Assembly (NCBI RefSeq): GCF_000143415.4
Contig: NW_003314261.1
Location: 1,564,117-1,628,116, forward strand
DNA: 64,000 nucleotides
Direction of reading: 5' to 3'
Source: Selaginella moellendorffii
Lineage: Eukaryota > Plantae > Lycopodiophyta
The notes below the pieces were generated by a model. That model saw only the letters and a list, made by a program, of their open reading frames with translations, had not been told where the DNA came from and searched no databases. How positions within the stretch are numbered: the first letter of the stretch is position 1; every line of letters starts with the position of its first letter. Made by a program: the position numbers and the translations under genes. This document shows positions 47,467 to 59,460 of this stretch, piece after piece.

Positions 47467-48427
47467 TTATCCATCTAGACTGTTATTCCACTGAAACGCT
47501 TCAGGAAGACTGTATCCCCAACCTGGAGCTGGATCAGCGGAAGGTAGATGTTCTATGTCCTCAAAGCCAGAAAACATGATATTGTCCAGTTGCTCCTTGT
47601 GGTCTGCCTCCTCATCCGCTCGAATTGTCCCCTTGTCGTCGTTTTGATCGTCCTCGGCCACAACCTGAAGCTCCGAGGGGCTCATTTCCGAATCAGAACA
47701 GCTCTCTCCTTTTTGAACATCGAGAGAACATCCAGGACTGTTCTTGTTGTAGGCTCCACTCCCGCTTTTCCTATAGATCTTGCAAAGTGTAAATTCGTTC
47801 TGCACACACATACCATTGAAACAATCAGCAAGATGGAGGAACTCTCGACTACAGCACCTTGAACTGCGCGTTTTGCTCGTCCGGGAGCCTATATTCGCTC
47901 ATGATCCATGGAGTCTTCTCTCCTTTCGGTGCCTTGCCTTTGTAGAACACGAGGGTTTTTCTCAATCCAATGCTGGTGTTGTTCTCCTTGTCCATGACTG
48001 GCTTGTCAGTTCCAGTAGCCTTCCAGTAGCCCGATGGGGTCACTCGGTTTGGCCTGGACCCATTCGGGTACTTGTGCTGCCTTGGCACGAAGAAATACCA
48101 CTCGGTGTCTCCCATGTGTGCGAGAGAAATCGCCAGGCCTGAAGTCCAAGGGAGACAATTGTTTAGAATTCGAAGGATATCGTCACTGGAGCAGCAGTAG
48201 CAAGAGTAACAATGCAAGAGCAAAAAAGCAAGAGCACAAAAGGAAAAGCAAGAGCAAAAAAGGAAGCAAGAGAGCTCACCAGGCAACTCCCATGGATCGT
48301 GCTTGACCAGGTCGATAACCGCAATGAGTTCCACTCCCAATTCCTTCTCCTCGGCCAATTTCCTCAAGTAGTATCCAACGAGCTCGTACTCCGTGGGTGA
48401 AAATCGAAATCCCGGCAATTTCTCCAT
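47467..48427 (-). CDS. NAC domain transcription factor (3 exons)
   Basis: [52 protein letters not shown]. Confidence 0.95.
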
Positions 48428-49380
48428 TACTGCAACTCGTCTCCCCAGCCTCATCCTCTCCAGCCTCGACAGAAAAACACTGAGCATATAAATATGGAGG
48501 AAATTCGTGTATTGGGGATATTCTCAGCTCTAGACGGTCAATAGACTTTCAACAAAACTGGAGATGCCATTGCGACATGCATGCGTTGGACCACTTTGAA
48601 TAGATGCACCCCTCATCGCTGTCCCCATTACGTCTAGAAATTTGCCGAACGCTCGTCAGTCATAGTCTTAGGTCTCCATCGTCAAGGTTTCTACATTCAT
48701 CCTGACCAAGCCCCGTTCAAACTTGGATTTTCAAAGTTTAGTCACGGGGATGTATCGAAAGTGCTCCTGGCTATGAAGCTTCCCGATCCAATTGTATCAG
48801 ACAAGATTTTCTTCAAGTTCAGTTACCTGTACTTCTAAGCCACGATTACGAACGTCTCTATTACAACAAGGACAAGAATGAATGCAAAAAGCTCGAGTCG
48901 TCATTCAGAGCGGGGACCGATCCAAATCACTAGCCCTTGGAAAAGGAAAAGGAATGGCGCAAGCATGAACTATAAAGGGGGGGTAGCCTATAAGAAACTA
49001 TAAAGATTTTGCTTGGAACATTATAGAAAAGAATTTTACAAAGACGTACCCGACCGTGGGGTCCAAATACTTGCGTTTCACGAGACGAAGTTTGGACTAC
49101 ACTTTGCCGCCCGTGTCCAAGTTTTGTCATTTGGACAACCAGGCCGGTCATTACAACACATTCTGAACATAAAAACCAGAGAAAAACATCATTCCAATTA
49201 AAGAAGAAGAAAAAACAAAATTAGAAATAATCAGCGTTTGCAAAACCCGTGGGATATTTGTCGAGTATTCCCAGAAGCCATCGCAACAAAATTGCCCCCT
49301 TTCTCATCACATGGTTCGATGTGTCACGTAGGTGATACTGCTCAATCAAAATGCTACGAGTCAGTTCCCCCTCCGCATTC

Positions 49381-51663
49381 TCATCTCTTTTGCTTAATTC
49401 TGCAAGGTGGAGCACTAAGTCGTAAACGAGTCCCAAGATGAGAAAAGAATACGCACGCACACGCATCACACGCTAAGCAAAGAGAAACAAGCTCACGAAG
49501 TAGCTGCACCCCGTACCTGAAGCAGTGGATGCCTAGCGAGCCCGTGATCTCGCGTATGACGCTAACAGCAAAGTGCATGTACAGTGCCACTGCAGAGAAA
49601 ACACCAAAAGTTCTATCAACAGAGCGAGATAAAGGCCATCTCACTTGTGTATGCACAGTAGACAAGGAGCAAAAGGAACTCGTCGAATAAAGGTTTCCTG
49701 GACAAAAGCGAAATCTCAGGCCAGAGAAAAAAACAAGTTTATGAATGTCATACCCTCCAAGGACTTTAGATGAGAGCGCATTGGCGATGGCAAGTGGCAG
49801 GAGAACTAACGACTGCTCAACAATAACAGCAGACGTTATCATTTTCTCCGAAAGCAGTCACAAGATACATACCAGGCACATGCCCGTCTTTAGTCCTTTG
49901 GGCTCATCACAGAGATGCGACAGGATCATCCTTCCCTGCCATAATTTGAAGACAAAGACAAAATGATGATCAACGAATTAAGCTCGCGCATCGCTTACCA
50001 CCAAGTACCCGAACGCAAAACCCGAACCCAATAGCATGAGATGTGGCTGGGTGCGAAGCACATCAGTAGGTGACAGCCAACCCCTAAAACAAGCTTGTCA
50101 GTAGTGAAAAAACAAAAACAAAAGGAAACTGGCTTTACCATATCACAATGCTTCCAAGAAGCACAAAGAACGGCACCAGCTGGAAAGGGACAGTCTCAGC
50201 GTCAGTAATAGACTTACAAAACCAGGGCGCATTACCATGGCCAATGCTCGCAGCATGCTTCCTTTACGCGCGTGAACAACTTTGTAGACATTGATCACGC
50301 TACAAAGAAGGTCAGACGATGGAAATGAGTGAGATTGTTCATAAACAAATAAATGCTTACTTAGACAGAATGGTTGGCAAAACAGCAACTGGTAGCATTA
50401 ACCATATGATAAAAACGTTCACCGGCATGTCTAAGAATCAAATCAATTCATTAGTTTCACAAGACAAGAAACCAGAAAATCAACTAACCAGGAAGTAGCG
50501 GTAGACCACGCAGGAACGGTATGGCTTCTCTAAAGTTGTGCTGCCACCAAACAGGGCCTGAAATGAGAAATACTATTAGATTTTAAGACATAGATAGCAA
50601 GGCCCGTACCAACAAGAGATGTGAAAAAATGAATCAGATAGATCAACATGAGACCCTCAGTGGGGCCATTGACTTCAGGAAGAATCAAAGTATTTGTGAA
50701 GTAGCTGTAACTCAGATTAAACCGGCTGTTAAATAGAGAAACTAGAAACGTACTGCTCCCAGGTAGCCATGTAAAAAGGAACAGTTGCTATGGCCCAGAA
50801 CCAGAGAGTATGCGATCCACTCATAACAGAAGCACCGAAAGCCATCGTTTCGAACTAGGAAAAACAATATGAATCGACAGGTTAATACAAAAAAGGTTGG
50901 CATACCGCACAAGAGAGGGCATCGCAGCCTGGCAGAATGTGTTAGTCATTAAACTTCAGCACAGATAAATTACAGCATACCATGGTCAAACAATTCTCCA
51001 AGAGGACTGGAAGAATTGGTTCGCCTCGCCTGTTTACCGTCTACCGCATCAAACGTCTGCGGAAGCAAAGCCTTTCGTTGCAAACTCAATTTGCTTTCAC
51101 AGCTCACCTGGTAAAGAAACAAAAGCAGCCCATGGAGGAAGTGCACCCATTTGGGACTGGGGGAGTCCATGTGAGGAGAGTACACCTTAACGCAGCACGC
51201 ACAAACATTAGAGATCTAAACAAGAACGCAAAAACCTCAAACAAAAACGTGGAGAACTTACATAGCTCAGGAACGCCGATGCCACCACGAGAAGAAATCC
51301 AGACAAGGTAATCTGTCCACATTACATATAAATCGTCCACGAAAGAAAATCAACCAAAAAACACGAACCATGTTCGGTCTGTGCAAAATAAAAGGACAAA
51401 AGAATAAAAAACGTTTCTCTAGAAAGGTTAACAAAGCGAGAAAAACTCACGGCATCCAGAGTGGGAACAAGTTGACAAATCGCGACCAGAAGGGCTGGAA
51501 CACGTACTTGGCCATGTAAGATTTGTCCACGCCGCTGTACTTATATCTGTGCAGTGCTTCCAGGCCATGCTTGCCGATGTATCGACCTCCGTTTAGCTCA
51601 ACCCTGGAGAAAACACACAAATCAGACCACAATCCCCAGCAATGCCGCGGATTACACTCACAT
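49381..51663 (-). CDS. AAPT: Aminoalcoholphosphotransferase (choline/ethanolamine phosphotransferase), many exons
   Basis: [39 protein letters not shown] (CDP-alcohol motif), IHCFRIKQKR*. Confidence 0.95.
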
Positions 51664-51880
51664 CGTGCTCGAAATCGCGAATCCAATGCGCCGGAGAGCC
51701 GATCCGGGGCTAGCGCATTGCTGCCGAGAAGCAGCGCCAAGCCCAGCGATCGAAGAACCCTAGCTCAAAACCCTCTAGAAGAAAGCGCGCTCCCAGGGAA
51801 TATTTTAATGTCCGGTAGATGCCAGGAATATTACCTCCGTGCTGTTCGAGAGCATTGTTCCCCCTCTCTCACGCCCAGCG

Positions 51881-53650
51881 ATGGCGCGCGTTGTGAATGT
51901 GGACGAGTATGAAGATCTAGCTAGGGTTAAGATGCCGAAGATGTACTACGATTTCTACGCGGGCGGCGCCGAGGACAAGTGGACGCTGCGCGAGAATCGC
52001 AGCGCCTTCTCGAGGATCAGGTAAGATTTCGACGAGGGATTCTTGGGGATTGGCTTGGCGCTCTCATCAGTCCCGTGCTTCTCCAGGATCCGGCCGCAAG
52101 TTCTTGTGGATGTCAGCCACACGGATCTCACAACCTCGGTTCTCGGATTGAAGATTGCTTGTCCGATCATGGTCGCCCCGACCGCATTGCACAAGCTCGC
52201 GCATCCCGAGGGTAAATTCATCGAGGTTTTTACGCGGTGCTTTTACCATATTACGCTGCGTTTTTACTATATTACTACTTTCAGGAGAATTAGCTACTGC
52301 AAGAGCTACTGCTGCCGCAAATACTGTCATGGTGAGTGAAGAGATCGATCACGCTTCACGCTTCGAGCCAAGACTTTTTTGGCAGATAACTTTCAAAGGT
52401 TTTCTCATTTCTTCTTCTTCTTCTTCTTTTTGCTAAGGTTGTATCGACATCTTCAAGTCACACCATTGAGGAGATCGCGGACACAGGTCCTGGAATTCGA
52501 TTCTTTCAGTTGTATGTAAGTCTTCTCTGGATTTAAAACTCACACTGTTTCTAAAAGCTTCTGTGTTCCAGATATTCAACAAGGTTAGAGCTATGGAGCT
52601 CGTTGCTCGAGCGGAGAAGGCTGGCTACAAAGCCATTGTTCTCACCGTTGATACTCCAATTCTTGGAAGAAGAGAGGATGATTTACGAAACAGGTAACTC
52701 GAAACAAGCGTTACAGAAGCCAGCTTGTGATTTTTAAGTGTCGGAGCAGACTAGTTTTGCCACCAGATGTGAGTATGAAGCTAATTGACGGCATTGGCGA
52801 GCAACATTCTCAGGTATATCTTTACTTTCCAGCATTTCCGAGCCTTTTCTTTTGGTTTTCTTCTTGCAGCCAACGGAACCGGGCTCTTCTCTTGCCGCCG
52901 TCGCATCCGAGTACAAAGACAAATCCATCACTTGGAAGGTGACTCATTGGATTCAGTTTTCCATCTAACATTGTAATGGATACATTTTTGTGAAGGATGT
53001 CCAAGCTTTCATGAAGCTAACGAAACTCCCATTCTTGCTCAAGGGGATACTCACCAAAGAAGACGGTACTGAGTTTGCCTCCGGCTCTTTTCTGTGTTGA
53101 CTATGAGTTTCTTTGTGCTGTTTGTTTTCAGCTCTGAAGGCTATCGACATCTGTGTCGACGGGATCATTGTTTCCAACCACGGTGGCAGGCAGCTAGATC
53201 ACGTCCCAGCAACGATCTCTGTGCTTGAAGAGGTGGCAATCACTAGAAACAGTTGTTACGTAATTCGGTTGCTCTTGACAGACTTTTTTGGAGTGACAGG
53301 TGGTAGCAGCAGCCGCTGGTCGGTGTCCTGTCTTCGTCGATGGAGGCATTAGACGAGGCACGGATGTTTTCAAAGCGCTCGCTCTCGGTGCTAGTGGAGT
53401 TTTCGTAAGTTTTCATGTGTTCTTGTGGCTTTCAGGAGCAATTGTGACATGGTGTGGTGATTTCTCTCAGGTTGGGAGGCCCGTCCTGTTCGGTCTGGCC
53501 ATCGATGGCGAGCAAGGCGTGAAGAAAGTGCTAGACATGCTCAAGGACGAGCTGAGAACCACCATGGTAATTGCTGGCTGCCCAACACTCGCTCATATAA
53601 ATCGATCGAGCGTCCAAACGCCAGAGGAGAAACCATCCAGCAAGCTCTAG
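51881..53650 (+). CDS. Peroxisomal FMN-dependent (S)-2-hydroxy-acid oxidase (GOX/HAOX family)
   Basis: [56 protein letters not shown]-terminal SKL. Confidence 0.95.
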
Positions 53651-53749
53651 CAATCAAGCAAGAAAAACGCTGCTCAAAGTCACTGCCATTTTTTTCTGTT
53701 GAAAATTTGGATTGTGTGACAAACAAACTTTGTGCGTGATCTTCTCACG

Positions 53750-55060
53750 TCACTTGTGCGGCGTCTCCCACACAAAGTTTCTCTTCTCGCAGTCCTCAAA
53801 CATGTTGATCCGCCATGGAACCTGCGCGATGATCTTGTCACGCACCACTGCGAAGCTCACCTGATCGCGCGGCGTGAATCTGTCGAGCTCGTTGAACCAC
53901 AGGCACGAGAAGAGATTGGTGAGCGGCGTGTGCTCCCTCAGCACCGCGCAGCTGTCCGGGACATCGCTCACCAGCGGCATCCTGGCGGCGCGGTCATACG
54001 GAAGGAGCCCATCGTGCGTACGGTAGAACTCCATCTGCGCGTCCATCTTGGCCTTGCTCTCGTACCTCCGGTACCGGATCGTTGCCTCGGCCTCCTCGAA
54101 AGCGTCCGCGCGCTCGAAATGGTTGGAGATGGCCATGGTGTCGCCGCTCCTCCACAGGAACCTCTCCAGGATCTGGATGGGATCCGCCACCATCTGGAGC
54201 TTGGCGTCGATCCAGATGGAGAAGCGCGCGTTGGGGACGAGCCTGTGCAGTAGCATCTTTGGAATCTCGCCCTTGGATCGGTTGTCTCCCTCGTATGCGT
54301 CGCTTCGTACGAGGATGATCCTCCACGCCCCGGCTGGAGTTCCTTCCACCTGGAGAGATTCCAGCGTCTTGTCGTCGACGAACATTGCGAAGCAAACCGT
54401 CCTGGCGCTGGTGCTGCTCAGGTTCGCGGGAGGCTTGAGCACGTCATAGTTGCCGAAGATCGCGGATGCGACCACGATTCCCCTGCATTCTCGGAGATAA
54501 TCCATGTCGGCCTCCTCCTGGATCTCGAATCCGGAGCCCTCTCTCCCTGGCTCCACTCCGGCCCTGGCGAATCCACACGGAATTGCCATCGACTCTCTGA
54601 TCTTGAAGGACCTCTCGCGCTCTTCCAGGCTGAAATTCCCGCCAAATGGTGTGGAGTTCGTCGAGCCTGCGCGGTGGAGATAAGTGAGCGTGGAGAGCAC
54701 GAGTTCTGGGAAGATCCCTTGTAGGGGCAGCGCTTTCAGCGCCTGATCCACTGGAACGTAGCACACCGGGCAATTGCAAAGCCAGCAGGGAGCGCGAGAG
54801 GGATTTGGAAAAGATCTGCAGGGATGGCCTTGAGGTAGCGGTGGATCTTTGAAATTCGCGGGCGGGAAAACGCGAAGAACTGGACGGCTGCTAAAGAGTA
54901 TCATGCGCTGTATGACGGCTCCATCGTTTATGACACTCCATGATACCCACAAAGCAACGATCAAACAACAAACAACAAGAAATCTTGCAAGGGGCCTCTC
55001 CATGTTAAGTACTCCTCTTCTTGAAGGTGTGTGCAGTCCCTCTTTTCCATGTCCATGCAT
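53750..55060 (-). CDS. DUF616 (TOD1/MUCI70-like) type II membrane putative glycosyltransferase, intronless
   Basis: N-terminal TM, CPVCYVP, FGGNFSLEERERSF, VASAIFGNYD, SIWIDAKL, LFSCLWFNE..RDQVSF. Confidence 0.92.
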   Translation of the reverse strand: MHGHGKEGLHTPSRRGVLNMERPLARFLVVCCLIVALWVSWSVINDGAVIQRMILFSSRPVLRVFPPANFKDPPLPQGHPCRSFPNPSRAPCWLCNCPVCYVPVDQALKALPLQGIFPELVLSTLTYLHRAGSTNSTPFGGNFSLEERERSFKIRESMAIPCGFARAGVEPGREGSGFEIQEEADMDYLRECRGIVVASAIFGNYDVLKPPANLSSTSARTVCFAMFVDDKTLESLQVEGTPAGAWRIILVRSDAYEGDNRSKGEIPKMLLHRLVPNARFSIWIDAKLQMVADPIQILERFLWRSGDTMAISNHFERADAFEEAEATIRYRRYESKAKMDAQMEFYRTHDGLLPYDRAARMPLVSDVPDSCAVLREHTPLTNLFSCLWFNELDRFTPRDQVSFAVVRDKIIAQVPWRINMFEDCEKRNFVWETPHK

Positions 55061-55215
55061 TAAAACTTTACGCTAAGCAATGGAGAGATTTTCCTCCACT
55101 GTACTAGTCACGTTTTCATGTCAATCTCCGCCTACACATGGAAGCACATAGAGGAACTGCCGCTTGGCATATTCTATTGCCAACTCGGAATAGTTATTAT
55201 ATTAATGAAGTGTTT

Positions 55216-55318
55216 TTACATAATTCACTAAGATTGATTTGGTGTTTTCTTACCATTTATAAATTACATTTACATAATTCATTACGATTGATTCACTTTT
55301 TTCTTACCATTTATAAAC
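55216..55318 (+). repeat. Two-copy ~54 bp tandem repeat
   Basis: TTACATAATTCA..GATTGATT..TTCTTACCATTTATAAA occurs twice. Confidence 0.85.
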
Positions 55319-55518
55319 TTTTATATGACGAAAATTATGTGATTAACTTGTATCCAGTTTTAAATTTTGTATACATATATCTAAATGTTGATGTATTATT
55401 TCTATCTAACAAGTTTCGATTATATAACGAACATATGATTTGAGAGGATCAGTCATCCCATGAACCAAGATTTTCTGAATGGCCAGTGACATTTGAAGAA
55501 TTTCTATAAGATTATCAT

Positions 55519-56210
55519 CTTGTATTTTTTAATCAAAATTATTATAGATTAATTGATACAATTATTAAAAAAATATATATGTATACTTTAGAATCATACT
55601 CCTTATTTGCATCACATATTCCAATTTAAAAATATCTAGTTATATTTATTGTAGATACTCTAGATAGATAGACTAAATCTAGAGCACTCTAAATGGAGGG
55701 TTAAGTTTGTTATAGCAAAGAGGTGGTGAGATTTAATGCATCTACTTGATCTGGATAGGAGTAGTGATTGATCTGGTTATTTTATTTTATTTTATTCATA
55801 TTGTTCGTTTGGTGAGATACTAGAAAAGATATGTTCTGATCATTAAGAACAGTTTGAACCAACTATGTTCTAGCACATATAAGCACAGCTATTTTCTATT
55901 ATCTCACCAAAAATGAAATAAAATTACCAAATAGATCACTACTCCTCTCCCGATTAAGTAGATGCATAAAATCTCGCCATTTTTTTGCCACATGTAACAA
56001 TCTTAACCCCCCATTTAGAGTGCTCTAGATTTAGTTTATATGATCCAGAGCATCTACAATAAATAAAACTTGATATTCTTAAACTGGAACATTAATGCCA
56101 AAAAAAGCAACTTTAAATAAGGAGTATGATTCTAAAATATACATATATAGTTTTTAATAATTGCATCAATTTTCATTTATATATAATAATTTTGATTTAA
56201 AAAATGCAAG
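55519..56210. mobile_element. Foldback / MITE-like long inverted repeat (arms ~310 bp, spacer ~60 bp)
   Basis: TTTAGAATCATACTCCTTATTT vs AAATAAGGAGTATGATTCTAAA; ACTAAATCTAGAGCACTCTAAATGG vs CCATTTAGAGTGCTCTAGATTTAGT. Confidence 0.85.
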
Positions 56211-58896
56211 TTTTACTTGATCCACCACAAACATACATAAATACTTTTGACCATGATTGCAATGAGATATTGATACTTGATTCATGCAAAATAAGCATAT
56301 AGAGTAAGTGCTAACAAATATTTAAATAAAGACCAAAGCCAACTCTGAAATAAATGCTCAAGAAACATATATGCTATGAATCAATGTAGGGAGAAATCTA
56401 TCACTTGGCCATTACTATCACCATTATTGGGAAGTTGGAAATTATAATAGAATAACCTTAGTGAGTATGCTTTCTTCCAAAACTTGCAAATAAGGCTTTT
56501 ATATAACTATGTATTTGTGTGTAATCTCTATTAAACTAAAATCCACCACCTTTCAGAAACCATGACTAGAATTATCATAAGCTTCATCAAGTTTATCTAG
56601 GACCATAGCCACAAAATCTATAATAAATTTCCTAGTATGCTTTCAGCTAAAAAGGCATAAGCTATTAGCATTCTATCCTGGATTCTATAAACATGTGATT
56701 AGCCCATGATGCCCCATTTTTCTCCTAGGGGAAACTAACTATTCCACCCAGAAGAGTTCCTTTTAAAAAAGTAGAAAAGTATCCACTCCTAACTCTTGAG
56801 CTTCACATTAGTAGTAAACAGTAATAGCTCATATGCATATTCCAAGTCATAAATAAATGAGATGAAAAAATAAACAATCACAATACAATTTCCAAGAACA
56901 TTTAAGAAAAAATATTGATGATATATTGAATCATAAATGCTCACTAAACATGAACACAATAAACAAAATTTGCCACAATCAAGAGTCAAAGAGTACCTGG
57001 ATATGAATAAATGTGTCATAGTAAAAGGTAAGTGAGTAGCATGAGCTAAATAATTTGCAAGAGGACACTACAAAAGGAAAGCCACTATGTAAAAACTGAA
57101 AAATGAATATACCAATCATCACATCAAGTCATCTCACAAACATTCTTAACTCAAAATTAGAACTATAAATCCAAAATAATTTAAATGCTTGTGAGGAAAT
57201 TGAGAATATAAAATGTTAAAAAACATTAAAAAAAGAACAAAAAAAAAGCTTGAAATTACTTCAAATTGAGGCTACTATAATAGTAGCAAGATGGATGCTA
57301 TTGCAAGGATTTGGCAGCAAGCAACCATTAAGATCCATGAGCTAGTATGATTTTAGACTTGTAATTCTAGCAATTTAAAATGGTCCCAACTACAAAGTTT
57401 AGGATGATATGGAGTCCCAAAGTCAATGAGTTTCACCAAGTCACCCTCTTGGATGCTCACCATGCATATGAGTTTATTGAAAAAGATTATGTTATGGAAA
57501 GTTGCAACACTTCAAGACTCTTCCAATGTGTAAAAGTTGATCATAACGATATTCAAATTGGTCCATCATGCTTATGGTAGAAGGTATAGTAGATGTTATA
57601 AAAGTCAATAGTTCTAGTTGAATTGGAAGAACTACTTCCATACTATAGAGAAAATCAAATTGCATAGCTAGACCACAAAAATATTAAATAATTGTTGCAG
57701 TTAGGTATGTAGTTAACCATTTTGTGGATAATGTTTTTAAAAATTTGATTTATCGACTCAGCTCCCTATGGATAATAAGTATTGGAGTGAGTGTGGTGAA
57801 CACACAAACTAAAGAGTTCTTGTACAACTTCCCCCATGAAATGAGAGTTGCAATCTAACAAGAAATGTCGAGGGATTTGAAAACTGCAATATATATTATT
57901 GTCTAGGAAGTTAATAGTAGCTCTCTAGTTTGTGGAGACAATAAAGATAAAACCCATTTTATACACACTACAATGATGTATAGGTATTTATATCCCATAG
58001 GAACAATGGGTTCTATATATTCTAGAAACTAATATGCAAAGGGACCCTCTATTAGCCTTGAATGATATGCTTTTTAAATTGCTAGTATGGTAGGCATACT
58101 TTGTAGCATTCATGAACAAAGGTGGCTAATATTAATTAATTTGTATCACATATTTTTTTGTGAGTCCTCGAATGATATGCTTTATTGTTGCTTGGAGAAC
58201 TTTGCATTTCTCACACATAAAGAGATGAGAGAGTGATTCGCCTTAAAAAACCTAGAAGATGTTGGCATGCCAAGGGTGAACCACATTGATATAATAGAGT
58301 TGATCATCTGGGAGTGTCTCTAAGGCATTATCAAAATCATGAGTGTTATTGTCATTTAAAATTGAAAAACTAAGGCTACTAGGATTGAATTATTAAAACT
58401 TTTCCACTTTGATTTCGAAATAAAATTTGGATAGCTAGAGAATATAATGAGCATAACAGCTTTGTCATATGGGTTTGCCTAGTAAGTACATCAAGAGATT
58501 CACTAAAGTATGAATTATTAACCTCTTTGGCAAAAAACAATAGTGAAAGTGATGAAAAGTGTAGACAATAACTATAGTATAACAATCCAACTCTGTTTAT
58601 TAAACTAAAAGAGATGAGAAGTCATTGCTAAAATAATAGATAACATGTATCACATTTTTATCACTAGTTTGATAGATATCAATTGAACACATTGTATCTA
58701 AGAGGTAAATGAAAATATGAAATCCTTAAGTAAAACTTGGAAGTTGAAGTACTAATGTTGCAAATAAAGCCTTTTTCAAGGCATTAAGGGTAATTGTGAA
58801 AGGGGTTGGGTCATCACTACATAATAAACAATGAAATGTCAAAAGTAACTTATTCTAAACTCTCGATTTATGCTTTTCTAGAAGTCATCTAAAGAG

Positions 58897-59460
58897 GCTT
58901 AACCTTAAATATCCCAAGACCCTTAACCGATTGAAAAGGGGGTGCACTCTTATTCATAGGCTTTTTTCTTCTATATTTAAACTTTTATAGATCATCTCTT
59001 GAGTCATTCTCTTTGATTATTTACACTTGCATCACCAATAAATTATAATGGAGTTGGAGAGGTGACAAACTTATTATTGTGAAAGCCAAAGATTAAACAT
59101 AGAAACAATAGCATAGTTTCCCATGCTAGATATATTTGATTTGCTTTGCAATATTCCTCATCATAATAATAATATTAACAAAATTTACATTAGGGTGGAT
59201 ACCCAATATTAACATTTGTATTGTATCAATAAATTCATAAAAATGAAACTTAATTATAACCCTATATAAGCTCTTAAATTTGGACTTCTCGAGAAGTTAT
59301 TTAACTCAATACCACTCAAAACTCAATGATGTTTAACCCTAGGTATCCCAAGACCTTTAACCGATTGGAAGAGGGGTGCATTTTTATTCATAAGCTTTTT
59401 CTTTTTATATTTGAACTATAATGATTGTATCTCAAGGCATTCTCTTTAATCACTTACATT
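58897..59460 (+). repeat. Diverged ~135 bp direct repeat, period ~430 bp
   Basis: TATCCCAAGACC.TTAACCGATTG.AA..GGGGTGCA..TTATTCATA at ~58910 and ~59344. Confidence 0.85.
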
